Assembly (NCBI GenBank): GCA_900320515.1
Contig: ONSJ01000002.1
Location: 2,334 to 66,333 of the forward strand
DNA length: 64,000 nt
Source: an uncultured Methanobrevibacter sp.
Lineage (GTDB): Archaea > Methanobacteriota > Methanobacteria > Methanobacteriales > Methanobacteriaceae
Direction of reading: 5' to 3'
The notes beneath the pieces are model-generated. The model searched no databases, was not told the origin of the DNA, and saw only the letters and a program-made list of their open reading frames with translations. Positions 52,051 through 61,933 of the stretch are shown piece after piece. Every line of letters starts with the position of its first letter. Position 1 is the stretch's first letter. The position numbers and the translations under genes were made by a program.

Positions 52051-52504
52051 TTTTTATTTAAGCCGCACTTTTTTAATAACAGATAAATGCATGGTAAAAA
52101 TTATAAAACAAGACCTAATGCAATACAATATTTTATTTAAACGCCACAATAGGCTTGTTCATGTATATGGAATCGTGTTGAAATTTATGTTGGCCGCAGC
52201 AGCGATAGTATTTTAATCATGACCACAATAATATTGAAACTAAACTCTGCATTTAATTTTAACAGCATCTATTTACAACCTTCTTGGAGGTAACAATCTA
52301 ACCAATTATCCAATCACACAATAGTCCACGGACCCTGCATGAACGCTCCAAAGCAGCAATACATGTTGTATCCTCACCCCTGGCCGAAAGCAATTTTTAA
52401 CCAGAAGTAAAGCACACTGTTTGTTTGTTAATATAGGTAAAATATTATTGTATTTAGGCAAAAGCCTATTCTTTATTTGTGATTTGTGATAATGAATTGA
52501 TTTT

Positions 52505-53785
52505 TTATTCTTTTTTTATTTTAGGATTTTCACTTAGTTCTTTTTCCCAATTAATATCAAATTTAATAATATAATAAAGTTCATTAGGTCTTATTTCAAT
52601 ACATAATACGTCTTTTTTATAATGCATTCGATAATAATCAGTGATTATATCATATTTTATATAAAATGGAACAATATCATCACCTGTTACAAAACCAATA
52701 TCTGTATGATCAAATTTGCTATAAGTAAGATGTATTGCCCACCTATATGCTTCATAAAATTGTTCTAATTCATCATAGGACAAATAAGGCATGTTAGTAT
52801 TAGGTAAATCCAAATTAAATTTCAAATCCCATTCATTTTTTAATTCAATTAAATCTAAACAAGTTAATAATGGAAATGGGTCTGTCATTGTTGTAAATTC
52901 CTCAATAAGCATTGTTGGATATTTAATGATAGTTTTATCATTCCATGGGAAAGATAATGTTTGTTTTTTTAAATTAATGTTAAAGAAATCAGCCCCAAAT
53001 TGCTCATACTGTGTATATATGCATTTAATAAATGGATAGTACGGGATCTTTAATGAATCGCATAATTTTTGTATTTCAATTCCTTTTGATATAATGGATT
53101 TCATATCTTCAGCTGAAAATTTTTCAAGTAAATGTTTGAGAACTTTTTCTTTTGAGATTTTATTGGCATTGGGTACATCAGGAAACAAATAGTATGCAAT
53201 TAAAGAAATAGTTATGTTATCATATTCAACATATAATTGCTTGTATAATAATTCTTTTTTCCTAGCTTCTTCTTGTTCTAATAACCAATTCTCGTACTCA
53301 ATTTTTAATTTATCGAATTTTTCTTGGACTACTTTTATTCTTTCAGTTAATTTTACAATTTTGAATTTAAGTTCAATCTTATCTTCTTCAGTTGTAGCAT
53401 TCTCTAATTTAATTTCAGTTTCTCTAAGATTTTCATTTAATTGACTTAATTCATTTTGTACTGTTTCAAAATCAGTTTTGCCACCAATCCATTCATCTGT
53501 ATGTTTCATTCGATTGCATTCACGACATAATGTTTGCAAATTATCAATATCATTTGTTCCACCTTTAGCCACTGGCACAATATGATCAATCTCTAAACTG
53601 GTTTCATCTTTGCTTGCGCCACATTCACGGCATCTATATCCATCACGCTTGAATACTTCGTGGCGGAGTTTTCTTGGTATTGGTTGGCGACCATATCTTG
53701 TGGCTAGTTCACCACCACAGTATGGGCATAATTTGAAATTTAGGTCGTCGAAGACTCTTCCACAGTTCTTACAGTATTTTTCCAT
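52505..53785 (-). CDS. Zinc ribbon + HNH endonuclease + coiled coil
   Basis: CKNC..CPYC; VFKRDGYRCRECG..LEIDHIVP..GG...NLQTLCRECN. Confidence 0.9.
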   Translation of the reverse strand: MEKYCKNCGRVFDDLNFKLCPYCGGELATRYGRQPIPRKLRHEVFKRDGYRCRECGASKDETSLEIDHIVPVAKGGTNDIDNLQTLCRECNRMKHTDEWIGGKTDFETVQNELSQLNENLRETEIKLENATTEEDKIELKFKIVKLTERIKVVQEKFDKLKIEYENWLLEQEEARKKELLYKQLYVEYDNITISLIAYYLFPDVPNANKISKEKVLKHLLEKFSAEDMKSIISKGIEIQKLCDSLKIPYYPFIKCIYTQYEQFGADFFNINLKKQTLSFPWNDKTIIKYPTMLIEEFTTMTDPFPLLTCLDLIELKNEWDLKFNLDLPNTNMPYLSYDELEQFYEAYRWAIHLTYSKFDHTDIGFVTGDDIVPFYIKYDIITDYYRMHYKKDVLCIEIRPNELYYIIKFDINWEKELSENPKIKKE

Positions 53786-53790
53786 AATTA

Positions 53791-54462
53791 TCACATATCA
53801 TTATTAACATTATTTGTTTTAATTTGATACATCATCCATTTTTTATTACATATAGATTTCCATTTGATTTGATAGTTGCCATCAATGCAATAATAGTTTT
53901 TATTTTCAATACCTTTCCAATTCGGATCATCTGTTTTTTTACCTTCACCAGTTTGTTGATATATATTATTATGAATAGTTTTGTTAAATCTGAAATATTG
54001 GTAAATTCCATTTGTTGTAGGGCCAGAATAATAAAGATGATGTTCCTTTTTAACTATAGCCATACAGTAGGTATTATCAAAACCTGCATTTTTCAATTGT
54101 TCCATAAATTTAATATCTTTAACAAAATCATACATTGTATCAGGCACTCTCCCATTTTTAGGGTATTTTAGTTCTATTGCATGACAAGAATACTTGCTTT
54201 GGTCATCACATTCATATATTGCAATATCTATTTCTTTTTTAACAAAGTCTTCGGTTGAATCAAAGAAAAAATCTACATTGCGTTCAAATTGGACTTTATA
54301 ATCTTTGGGGAGAACATTTCTAAGGTAAATACCTAATTCGTGTTGAAATGAAAATTCATTGTAAATATCATTTTCTTTTTTGTTTTCAGATATGTAATCC
54401 CAAAAGTTGTTTAAATAGTTAGTCAAATCCATAGTATCATATATTTTATTTATTCTTTTCAT
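53791..54462 (-). CDS. PD-(D/E)XK-type nuclease (start may be ATG 54432)
   Basis: NEFSFQHEL...QFER...EIDIAI...IELKY...DIKFME. Confidence 0.75.
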   Translation of the reverse strand: MKRINKIYDTMDLTNYLNNFWDYISENKKENDIYNEFSFQHELGIYLRNVLPKDYKVQFERNVDFFFDSTEDFVKKEIDIAIYECDDQSKYSCHAIELKYPKNGRVPDTMYDFVKDIKFMEQLKNAGFDNTYCMAIVKKEHHLYYSGPTTNGIYQYFRFNKTIHNNIYQQTGEGKKTDDPNWKGIENKNYYCIDGNYQIKWKSICNKKWMMYQIKTNNVNNDM

Positions 54463-54667
54463 TTATTAAATGGCATAATTCTGCTAAGTATAAATTGTTA
54501 CAATAATAAACGACTTCGGGACTTGGATCCATCATGTAATCTTCTTTAGGTATTTTACCTTTTTCATATCTGCGAATTTCACGTATAAGTTTGTCTCGTT
54601 CTTTGATGATTTCTTCTAAAGTTGCATCTTCATATTGATTTCTAAATGTCTTGGGATCTATCATCAA
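54446..54667 (-). CDS. Small hypothetical protein
   Basis: AGGTGA RBS; between two nuclease genes. Confidence 0.65.
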   Translation of the reverse strand: MMIDPKTFRNQYEDATLEEIIKERDKLIREIRRYEKGKIPKEDYMMDPSPEVVYYCNNLYLAELCHLINEKNK

Positions 54668-54683
54668 TTAAATCACCTTACTG

Positions 54684-56507
54684 TTATTCAACAAACATGT
54701 CATTATTCCATACTAACTGTACTAATTGCACTAGTAATTGGTTTCTTTCGGTTATCTCAGGTTTTCCAAATGCCACATATGGCTTAAATGATAAATTGTT
54801 TTCTTCAATGAAACGTTTGAATTGTGGATTGTTATTGTATGCTTGTTGACCTAAAGATTCACTATAAATGTTGCCCTCATTTGAACAATATGTTTGAAGC
54901 TTATAATCAAATTCAGCATCATTTAAACTGGCATTGATACTTTTATGCAATAATAATAATGCTCCAACACTGTTACGCCATTGGTTGAAATCATTTTGAT
55001 CAGTGAATTCTTTTGTGAACCATTCAAAGTGGTCGGATATAATATGTTCTATTTCGAATGGATTTTTGGTTTGTGCCATGTAATTGCAGTAATTAGAAGC
55101 TACACCAGTTTGTTCTTCGATGAAACCTGTAATTCTAGCTAACATATTTTTAATGTATTTTTTGGTAAAGCTATTTAGTTTGAGATCTGGGAGAACGTCT
55201 TTAGGTTTGCTTTCAAAATTAAGATAATGGGCATTTAGTTTTTCTTTTAGTTCTGGGATTGAGCATCTTCTAATGTCTTTGGTAATGTTGAATACGAAGT
55301 TTTTGATTGTACTGTAATTGAGGGTTTTGTAATTGGTGAATCTGGAAATGATGTATAAATCTATGAACCTAGCTACAATGTTTATTTTTTCAATTATTGT
55401 ATTCCAGTCATCTTCGTAGCATATTGGTGCTAATAATAACTGTGGTTGTAAGGTAAAATTCACCCTTGCGTTGTAATAAACATATTTGGTTTCTTCGGTA
55501 AAAGTGTTTTCTGCTTCTTTTATTTTCAGATATACATCTGCATACTTTTCAAATTTCTTAATGAATAGTTCATAATCATCAGTATTGTTTAATCCAATCT
55601 TGTATCTTTCATCACGGACCCATTTATGGAATGAACCCCCTATTATGTCGAAATCTTTGTTGGTGGCTCCTGCTTTACCTTCACGTATTGTTTTTGCATA
55701 TTGTGAACGAAGCCAAGCTTTGATAAATGTTTCATCTCCAACATCATCATCTTTTTTAAGATGTAAGATTTTGTCTTTCCAAATATTGTTTAGCTTTTCA
55801 CGTTTTACATCATCTTTGATTTCAGATAACAAGTATCCTTTTAGCATTTCTGTAGATGTAAGGCTGAGCCCACGATCGTTCATTGTTACAAATATTTTGT
55901 GTGCATCTTGTTCTGTTGTTGCTACGATTTCTATGAAGAATACTTTTTCTGCTAGCCAGTCACAGAAGTGTAAAAGTATATCATCTCCAATCTTATCGTG
56001 TGGAAAAATATATGTGATATCCGTGTATCTTCCATATAGGTTTTTGACTGATTCTCCTGCATTGGTTGTGTCAAATGGTTGGCCGTTGAATATGGCATTC
56101 ATGCATTCAGCCCTCTCTTCTACATCTATGTTAAATGATTTTTCTCCAAATTGCTCTGAATATATCATTGGTTCAATTGAAGCATGTGTTTGGCCATTAG
56201 CTTTAATTCTGTTATTTAGATACATTAGTAATAGTGTAAGTGAAGAAAACCTTTGTTGTCCATCAATGATTGATTTTTCATCTCCAGCAAGGACTATTGA
56301 ACCCATAAAATAAATCCCATAGTCTTTAACCATATGGCGAGTATCACCTTCTTGATAATAGTCTAAAAATTCAGATGTCAAGTCATCAATAAGTTCTTCA
56401 ATGTGTTTTCTTTGCCACATATACTCTCTTTGATAGTAATGTATTGAGTATTTAGTGGAATGTAATAACTGTTTCAAGCTCTTTGGGGATCCTTCAATTT
56501 TTTTCAT
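54684..56507 (-). CDS. GmrSD-like DUF262 + DUF1524 (HNH) restriction protein
   Basis: YQREYMW, IIDGQQR, IFVTMNDRG; EIEHII..GALLLL..SIN. Confidence 0.92.
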   Translation of the reverse strand: MKKIEGSPKSLKQLLHSTKYSIHYYQREYMWQRKHIEELIDDLTSEFLDYYQEGDTRHMVKDYGIYFMGSIVLAGDEKSIIDGQQRFSSLTLLLMYLNNRIKANGQTHASIEPMIYSEQFGEKSFNIDVEERAECMNAIFNGQPFDTTNAGESVKNLYGRYTDITYIFPHDKIGDDILLHFCDWLAEKVFFIEIVATTEQDAHKIFVTMNDRGLSLTSTEMLKGYLLSEIKDDVKREKLNNIWKDKILHLKKDDDVGDETFIKAWLRSQYAKTIREGKAGATNKDFDIIGGSFHKWVRDERYKIGLNNTDDYELFIKKFEKYADVYLKIKEAENTFTEETKYVYYNARVNFTLQPQLLLAPICYEDDWNTIIEKINIVARFIDLYIISRFTNYKTLNYSTIKNFVFNITKDIRRCSIPELKEKLNAHYLNFESKPKDVLPDLKLNSFTKKYIKNMLARITGFIEEQTGVASNYCNYMAQTKNPFEIEHIISDHFEWFTKEFTDQNDFNQWRNSVGALLLLHKSINASLNDAEFDYKLQTYCSNEGNIYSESLGQQAYNNNPQFKRFIEENNLSFKPYVAFGKPEITERNQLLVQLVQLVWNNDMFVE

Positions 56508-56956
56508 AATACCCTACCAACATTATATTTGATTGTTTATTATATATCACACACACCAATAATATAAATTGTGTTTAAAAGTAGTGTTTGATATTTGAAA
56601 TCGCCGCATTCAGGTGCTTACAGCTATATGAAACCTTATACGCAAACCACCTTTGACCATCAACGAAGGTATCTGAAACGTAAGCTTTACCATTATTGGT
56701 ATGTACAGTGAACTATCAATTATATGATACATTATTGCAATATTGATAAGGGTTAGGTCAGGAAGAAAATATATAAGCATGAAATTTGGCGACAAAGCCG
56801 CAAAAATTGACCTGTTATGATAATAATGCATATGGTGAGGTGGGCTTTTTGCGCATGATGGCCGAGATTTGACCGTCACTTTTTGTTTTTCAACGTGCGA
56901 AAATGTACGTTAGAATATTGATGATGAAACTATGTTATTTATACCAGTTTGATATC

Positions 56957-58825
56957 TCAATCTACTTTTAAGTATTCCATAAGAACTTCTTGCATCATGT
57001 TCTTTTTGTCATCATCGGTTAAATTATCAATATTATCTAAATTCTTCTTGATAATATGGCTTATTATATTTTTTAATTTTATTTGATCATCCTTGACCAT
57101 GTTCCAAAGTGTAGAATCTGATTTTATTAATTCAATGATATCCAATTGTAAAGCCATATGTTTGTTCATCAGTTCTAATTCTTCTTGTGTTAATTCTTCT
57201 TTGTCAAATAAATCACTATTTGGATTCATAGTGTATTTTACTATAGCGCGTTGTATTAAGGAATTTAAATATTCATCATCATTTCTAAAAGTAGTTTCTT
57301 CTTCTATAGCTAATTCATATGCTAGTTTGAATATTACATTACATTTTTTTCTTCCAATTGTTATATCTTCTTCCTTTTTGAGTATTGTTTCTTTGTAATT
57401 GTCATCAAAATAATCATTAATTGTTTTTTCAATGTAGCTTCTATTCCGTATTGAAGTTAAATTATCCATTTGTCTTTGCATATTTCCCATGGATAATTTG
57501 ATTTCATTGATCTCTTCTTGATGCTTTTGTTCAAGGTTTGTGATTTCTTGATCTTTTTCTTCTCTTATTTTTGCATTTTCTGCTTTTAAAGATTCGATTT
57601 CAGCATTTAGTCGTTCTGTTTCTTTGTCTGAAATTATTTTTGTTTCAACATGGTCTAAGGATAATTCATCATGGATATTGTTAATGTAAATTTCTCTGAT
57701 ATCTTCAACACTTTTTTTTATATAAGATTTATCATTTGGCAATCCAGCAGAATGGCCCTCAAGCAAACCACAGACACGAATGTCTCCACAGTTGTTACTT
57801 ACAATTGTACTAAAGAACTTTCTACAGATGTGTGGATGTAATTTTGGTATTTTTGACACTGCTTCATCGTAGTCTTCTTCACTGATCTCACCATTTTCTA
57901 TTTGCTGTTTAATTTGATTTTTTTTCCAGACTTGAAATTTTTTATTTTTTTCTATCCAGTAAGCCGCTACAGATCTTCCACTGAGTGGTTTTTTATATTT
58001 TCCTTTTCTTGATGCAAAAAGAGGGTCTTTTTTACTGATTGATAAGTTTAAACCTTCTGCTCTATTTTTATAAGGCATATAGTGATTTTTTATATGTCTC
58101 AAATTCTGAAGAATCATATTACTTGCATGTGCCGAATTAAATGTTATACATTTGACATGATGTTTTCTTGTTTTTTGTGGTTCAAACACCCATGTACCAA
58201 TCATATCATCAGGTGCATTATCTATAAAATCTTCTACATCTACAAAATCATGATAATCAGATGTGGCATTCATAAAATCGCCAATAGTAAATGAAAGAGC
58301 ATCACTAACTCGCATACCACTAGAAGTTAACATATTAGCTAAAGAAGCATGCGTAAGAGACACATCTTGTAAAAAATAATTAAAATCCATTTTGGAAGGC
58401 AAATACCAATCTCTTGAATCATCTTTATAGCTCTTTCGCTTAGGCAATTCCACACCATTCTCGTGTAAAAAGCTTCTCACTATATCAGTCTGATTTTGGA
58501 TTGTAATTTCTTTATTATTCTTTTTAAAACAGTAATCTTCGAATTGTTGTAAAAATTTGTTAATGGCCGCATCTTTATCATTAATATTGAATTTAATTTC
58601 CTTTCTGCGCTCATTTCCATTTTCATCTGGATCCAATTTGACAGTAGTTACAATTGACTGTTCATCAATGCAGGTGGTTACAATTTCAGTTAATGTTTTG
58701 CCAGTAGCTATACAAAATTTTCTCAAAACTTTTCTATAATTTTCAGTTGTTCTTTCTGTTCTTGAAGATTGAGCTACAAAGTTTTTGTAATATTCATCAT
58801 TTTCTACCTTGTATTCCGATAGCAT
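56957..58825 (-). CDS. Tyrosine integrase with coiled-coil C-terminal extension
   Basis: SGMR, KT, HPHICR, EGH, DKSY catalytic set; starts 85 nt inside attR. Confidence 0.93.
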   Translation of the reverse strand: MLSEYKVENDEYYKNFVAQSSRTERTTENYRKVLRKFCIATGKTLTEIVTTCIDEQSIVTTVKLDPDENGNERRKEIKFNINDKDAAINKFLQQFEDYCFKKNNKEITIQNQTDIVRSFLHENGVELPKRKSYKDDSRDWYLPSKMDFNYFLQDVSLTHASLANMLTSSGMRVSDALSFTIGDFMNATSDYHDFVDVEDFIDNAPDDMIGTWVFEPQKTRKHHVKCITFNSAHASNMILQNLRHIKNHYMPYKNRAEGLNLSISKKDPLFASRKGKYKKPLSGRSVAAYWIEKNKKFQVWKKNQIKQQIENGEISEEDYDEAVSKIPKLHPHICRKFFSTIVSNNCGDIRVCGLLEGHSAGLPNDKSYIKKSVEDIREIYINNIHDELSLDHVETKIISDKETERLNAEIESLKAENAKIREEKDQEITNLEQKHQEEINEIKLSMGNMQRQMDNLTSIRNRSYIEKTINDYFDDNYKETILKKEEDITIGRKKCNVIFKLAYELAIEEETTFRNDDEYLNSLIQRAIVKYTMNPNSDLFDKEELTQEELELMNKHMALQLDIIELIKSDSTLWNMVKDDQIKLKNIISHIIKKNLDNIDNLTDDDKKNMMQEVLMEYLKVD

Positions 58826-58877
58826 CGAAAGATCCTCCTCTTATTTAATATAATATTTGCTTTCCTTCATATTTAAA

Positions 58878-58893
58878 TTTTTCTATACTTTCA
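58878..58893 (-). repeat. Right subterminal inverted repeat (TGAAAGTATAGAAAAA on the minus strand)
   Basis: 15/16 match to 17782-17797. Confidence 0.82.
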
Positions 58894-58910
58894 TTTCTTA
58901 GAATAACATT

Positions 58911-58920
58911 AACACCATAT
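58911..58920 (+). repeat. attR core AACACCATAT
   Basis: Identical to 17758-17767. Confidence 0.9.
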
Positions 58921-61799
58921 GTTTCATTATCCTGCTTTTTTTACTTGTCGGGGTTGCATCAGCAGCCGAAATGGATAATGAAACTTTAAAACAAACAATC
59001 GAACAACCTGAAGATGAGCTTTGCCAGATGGCTCCCGACAACCATGATGAATTGAGGGCAAGCTCAGAAAATATGGAAAAGCTGGAGGCCGGCGGCAAAA
59101 TTAATGTAAAGATTATTGCGCCGGACGTGAAGATGCACTATAAGGACGGAAGCAAGTTTACCGTCACTGTTAAGGACGAACTGAACAAAGCAGTGAAAAA
59201 GGCCAAGGTGAAAATCACCATTGACGGAAAGACCTATAAGAAAAGAACCAATTCCAAAGGAAAGGCATCCATAAGCCTTAACCTGAATAGCGGAAAATAC
59301 ACAGTAAAGACAACATTTGACGAAACAACAAAGTATCATAAACAAAGCGCAACAAGCACAGTGACAGTCAAAAGCACCATACATGCCCATGACTTTTCAA
59401 AATATTATAAAAATAAGTCACAATATAAAGCAACATTTTATAAGAAGAACGGAAAGCTACTTAAGAAAACACGCATTACATTCAAATGGAACGGCAAAAC
59501 CAAGAAGGTTAAAACAAGCACAAAAGGAGTGGCGAAACTGGCCATAGACTGGATACCTGGAACATACAGCATTTCAATGGTAAACCCCAAAACATCCGAA
59601 ACAGTCACAAAAACAATAACAATCAAGCCCCTCATTGAAACAAGCGACCTGACAATGAAAGAAAAGGACGGAAGCAAGTTCACAGTCAAGGTGCTGAACA
59701 GCTATGGAAGAGGTTCAGCCAATAAAATTGTGACATTGAATGTGAACGGCCAAACATTTACTCTAAGAAGCAATTCAAATGGCATTGCATCACAGGTAAT
59801 CGATTTGCCGGCGGGAAAATACAGCATCACAACCGATTATAACGGATTCGTAAACACCAACTACATCACGGTTGAAACTGCAATTAAACAGGCATCCTTC
59901 AGCCACATTACAATGATTCCCGATTATGTCAACGTAACCGTACCGTATGCTTTTCATAATTCCGCATACACCCTGAAAACAGGAAATGACGGAATAATAA
60001 AACTGCCTAAAAAGGATGTTTTCGCAATACACATAAGCGAAACCAAACATTACCTGTTCTCCACAGCTCCGCAGCCGGGAATTGATGCAAATGTGCTTGG
60101 CTATAAGACATATCTGGTGCCGTTTGACGGAAGCGAACTCAAAAGCGATTACAACAGGGACAATTTAAAGGGCGACGGAGTGCTGATTTCAAATGCAAAT
60201 GACCATACTCAAATCGAATTCAGAAGTACGACACAATGCGATGCGGACCTCTTCGGGCTTACCATGGACAAGCACGAGGATGATATCGAAATCATCACAT
60301 ACCTGCAGAACGACTTGATAAAGGCAAGAATAATGTTTTTCACCGGCAGCTATGATGAGGTAGGCCTCAGAAGCAATTTGGGAAAGTTATATGAAAAGAA
60401 TTCCTATGAAATCAATTACAACAACTACGACCAGCTAACCGGAAACAATGCCGAAAGCATCAAGTTTACAAATACAGGAGAAAGCGTTATATTGGACGAT
60501 TCGAGAAACTCGATCATGCCAAGCATATCAAGAGAGGACATCAAAACAAAACTGATTGTCAACGGCATTGAAGAGCTTGAAAAAAGTGAAAGCATAAGCT
60601 ATGGCCGCAGCGATTTATATAACGTTATCAGAGGCTTTGAAGTGCTTCAGTCATATGCCATAATCAATGAGAAGGTGACATATTCCACCATGGACAAATG
60701 GTTAAATGTGAATTCCGGATACCTTTCAAGAATCGGAATAATGAACGTATACGGCATGTTTCTGGCAGACCTTGAAACTGCATGGCTTGCGGATGAAGTG
60801 GCAGACCAGTATTCAAAGGAATTTAATGTTAAATGGAACCGGGAAAGGACAGCAACAATAATGGGCGGAATCAATTTGGAGGATAGCTATCTGCATATTC
60901 TGAATGCGGACATGGGAATGAGGACAACCGGAAGTGAGGAGAACAGCACTTTATTCAGAACCATGAATTCGATTTATCTTCCAAACATTGAGGAATATGT
61001 TATTGATCCGATTGCCAAACAATTCTCAGGCAACAGTACAAATTCATTAGATGAGCTTTTAATATCCCTTGAAAACAGAAAGTTCAGCATTGTTCAAATT
61101 GAGGACATATTTTATGTATTGTCTGAAGACGGCAGGAATTCAACAATCATGATTAATTCAACAAGCGGCATTGCAAATGTACTGTTATTGGACAATGGCT
61201 TTGCATACAAAGGTTCTGCTGTTGCAACGGCACAGGACTGCTGCAGCATCTGTTCATTGCCTACAAAAATCATTGATGGAATCCAAGATACAATAGACAC
61301 TTTTTTCTCAAATGGAAAAGGCATTGCAGATTTCCTTAAAAACAAAGCAAATGTTTTAAGTCTTTTGGCATACCAAGGTTTGAGTATCGGATCTAGTTTA
61401 GCATCAGGAATCACTGTAAATGCTTTAACTGTGACTTCTGCAATAATAGGTCCAATGATTGGACTTCAAAGTATGGCAAATTATGCAAAAACCCATTTAA
61501 TTGATGATAAAAAAGATTGGTATTATGCATATGACTATGTCCCCCTCAGCAGAGACAGTCTTTTGCAGGGAAAAAAGATATTCAACATCCCTAAAAATGA
61601 CGGAACAAACGATTACATTGAAGTGGGAATAAAAAAGGACGGCACATTAAATAGAGATGATGCATACTATTTTACAAAGGACCAATGCACAAAATTATCC
61701 GAATCTGAAACCTATAATTATTTTACTGAAGAAAAATGGACTGGATGCAGCATTCCAAGAAAATACCAGAAGTACCCCGCTCCAAATATATTCGGGTAA
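58911..61799 (+). CDS. Adhesin-like protein, 3' part separated from its start codon (first in-frame ATG 58971)
   Basis: Frame open from NTICFIILLFLLVGVASAAE; in-frame TAG at 58899-58901 upstream; Ig-like repeats (TN..G.A....L..G.Y); body of gene intact. Confidence 0.9.
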   Translation, partial: NTICFIILLFLLVGVASAAEMDNETLKQTIEQPEDELCQMAPDNHDELRASSENMEKLEAGGKINVKIIAPDVKMHYKDGSKFTVTVKDELNKAVKKAKVKITIDGKTYKKRTNSKGKASISLNLNSGKYTVKTTFDETTKYHKQSATSTVTVKSTIHAHDFSKYYKNKSQYKATFYKKNGKLLKKTRITFKWNGKTKKVKTSTKGVAKLAIDWIPGTYSISMVNPKTSETVTKTITIKPLIETSDLTMKEKDGSKFTVKVLNSYGRGSANKIVTLNVNGQTFTLRSNSNGIASQVIDLPAGKYSITTDYNGFVNTNYITVETAIKQASFSHITMIPDYVNVTVPYAFHNSAYTLKTGNDGIIKLPKKDVFAIHISETKHYLFSTAPQPGIDANVLGYKTYLVPFDGSELKSDYNRDNLKGDGVLISNANDHTQIEFRSTTQCDADLFGLTMDKHEDDIEIITYLQNDLIKARIMFFTGSYDEVGLRSNLGKLYEKNSYEINYNNYDQLTGNNAESIKFTNTGESVILDDSRNSIMPSISREDIKTKLIVNGIEELEKSESISYGRSDLYNVIRGFEVLQSYAIINEKVTYSTMDKWLNVNSGYLSRIGIMNVYGMFLADLETAWLADEVADQYSKEFNVKWNRERTATIMGGINLEDSYLHILNADMGMRTTGSEENSTLFRTMNSIYLPNIEEYVIDPIAKQFSGNSTNSLDELLISLENRKFSIVQIEDIFYVLSEDGRNSTIMINSTSGIANVLLLDNGFAYKGSAVATAQDCCSICSLPTKIIDGIQDTIDTFFSNGKGIADFLKNKANVLSLLAYQGLSIGSSLASGITVNALTVTSAIIGPMIGLQSMANYAKTHLIDDKKDWYYAYDYVPLSRDSLLQGKKIFNIPKNDGTNDYIEVGIKKDGTLNRDDAYYFTKDQCTKLSESETYNYFTEEKWTGCSIPRKYQKYPAPNIFG

Positions 61800-61933
61800 T
61801 GGCGAAAGTTGAAAATCTTTTTGAATTGTGACAATAAAAAAAACATTAATTTGAATGTATATAATATTTTACATAAAAAATTAAATCCAATACTTTTGCA
61901 ATGTTAAAAGAAAATAAGTTATGATGTGATAAA

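Larger units (their letters stand above)
17758..58920. mobile_element. 41-kb integrative element (tyrosine integrase, primase-helicase replicon, defence and putative anti-defence cargo)
   Basis: Direct-repeat ends, subterminal inverted repeats, integrase at the right end, visibly more AT-rich codon usage than the flanks, interrupted host gene. Confidence 0.93.

Noticed and set aside
56610-56879. 89-aa ORF-track ORF
   Set aside because: No RBS and atypical composition; the region is better explained as structured non-coding sequence.
17758-58920. Complete provirus or conjugative ICE
   Set aside because: No capsid, portal, terminase, relaxase or T4SS motifs were recognised.
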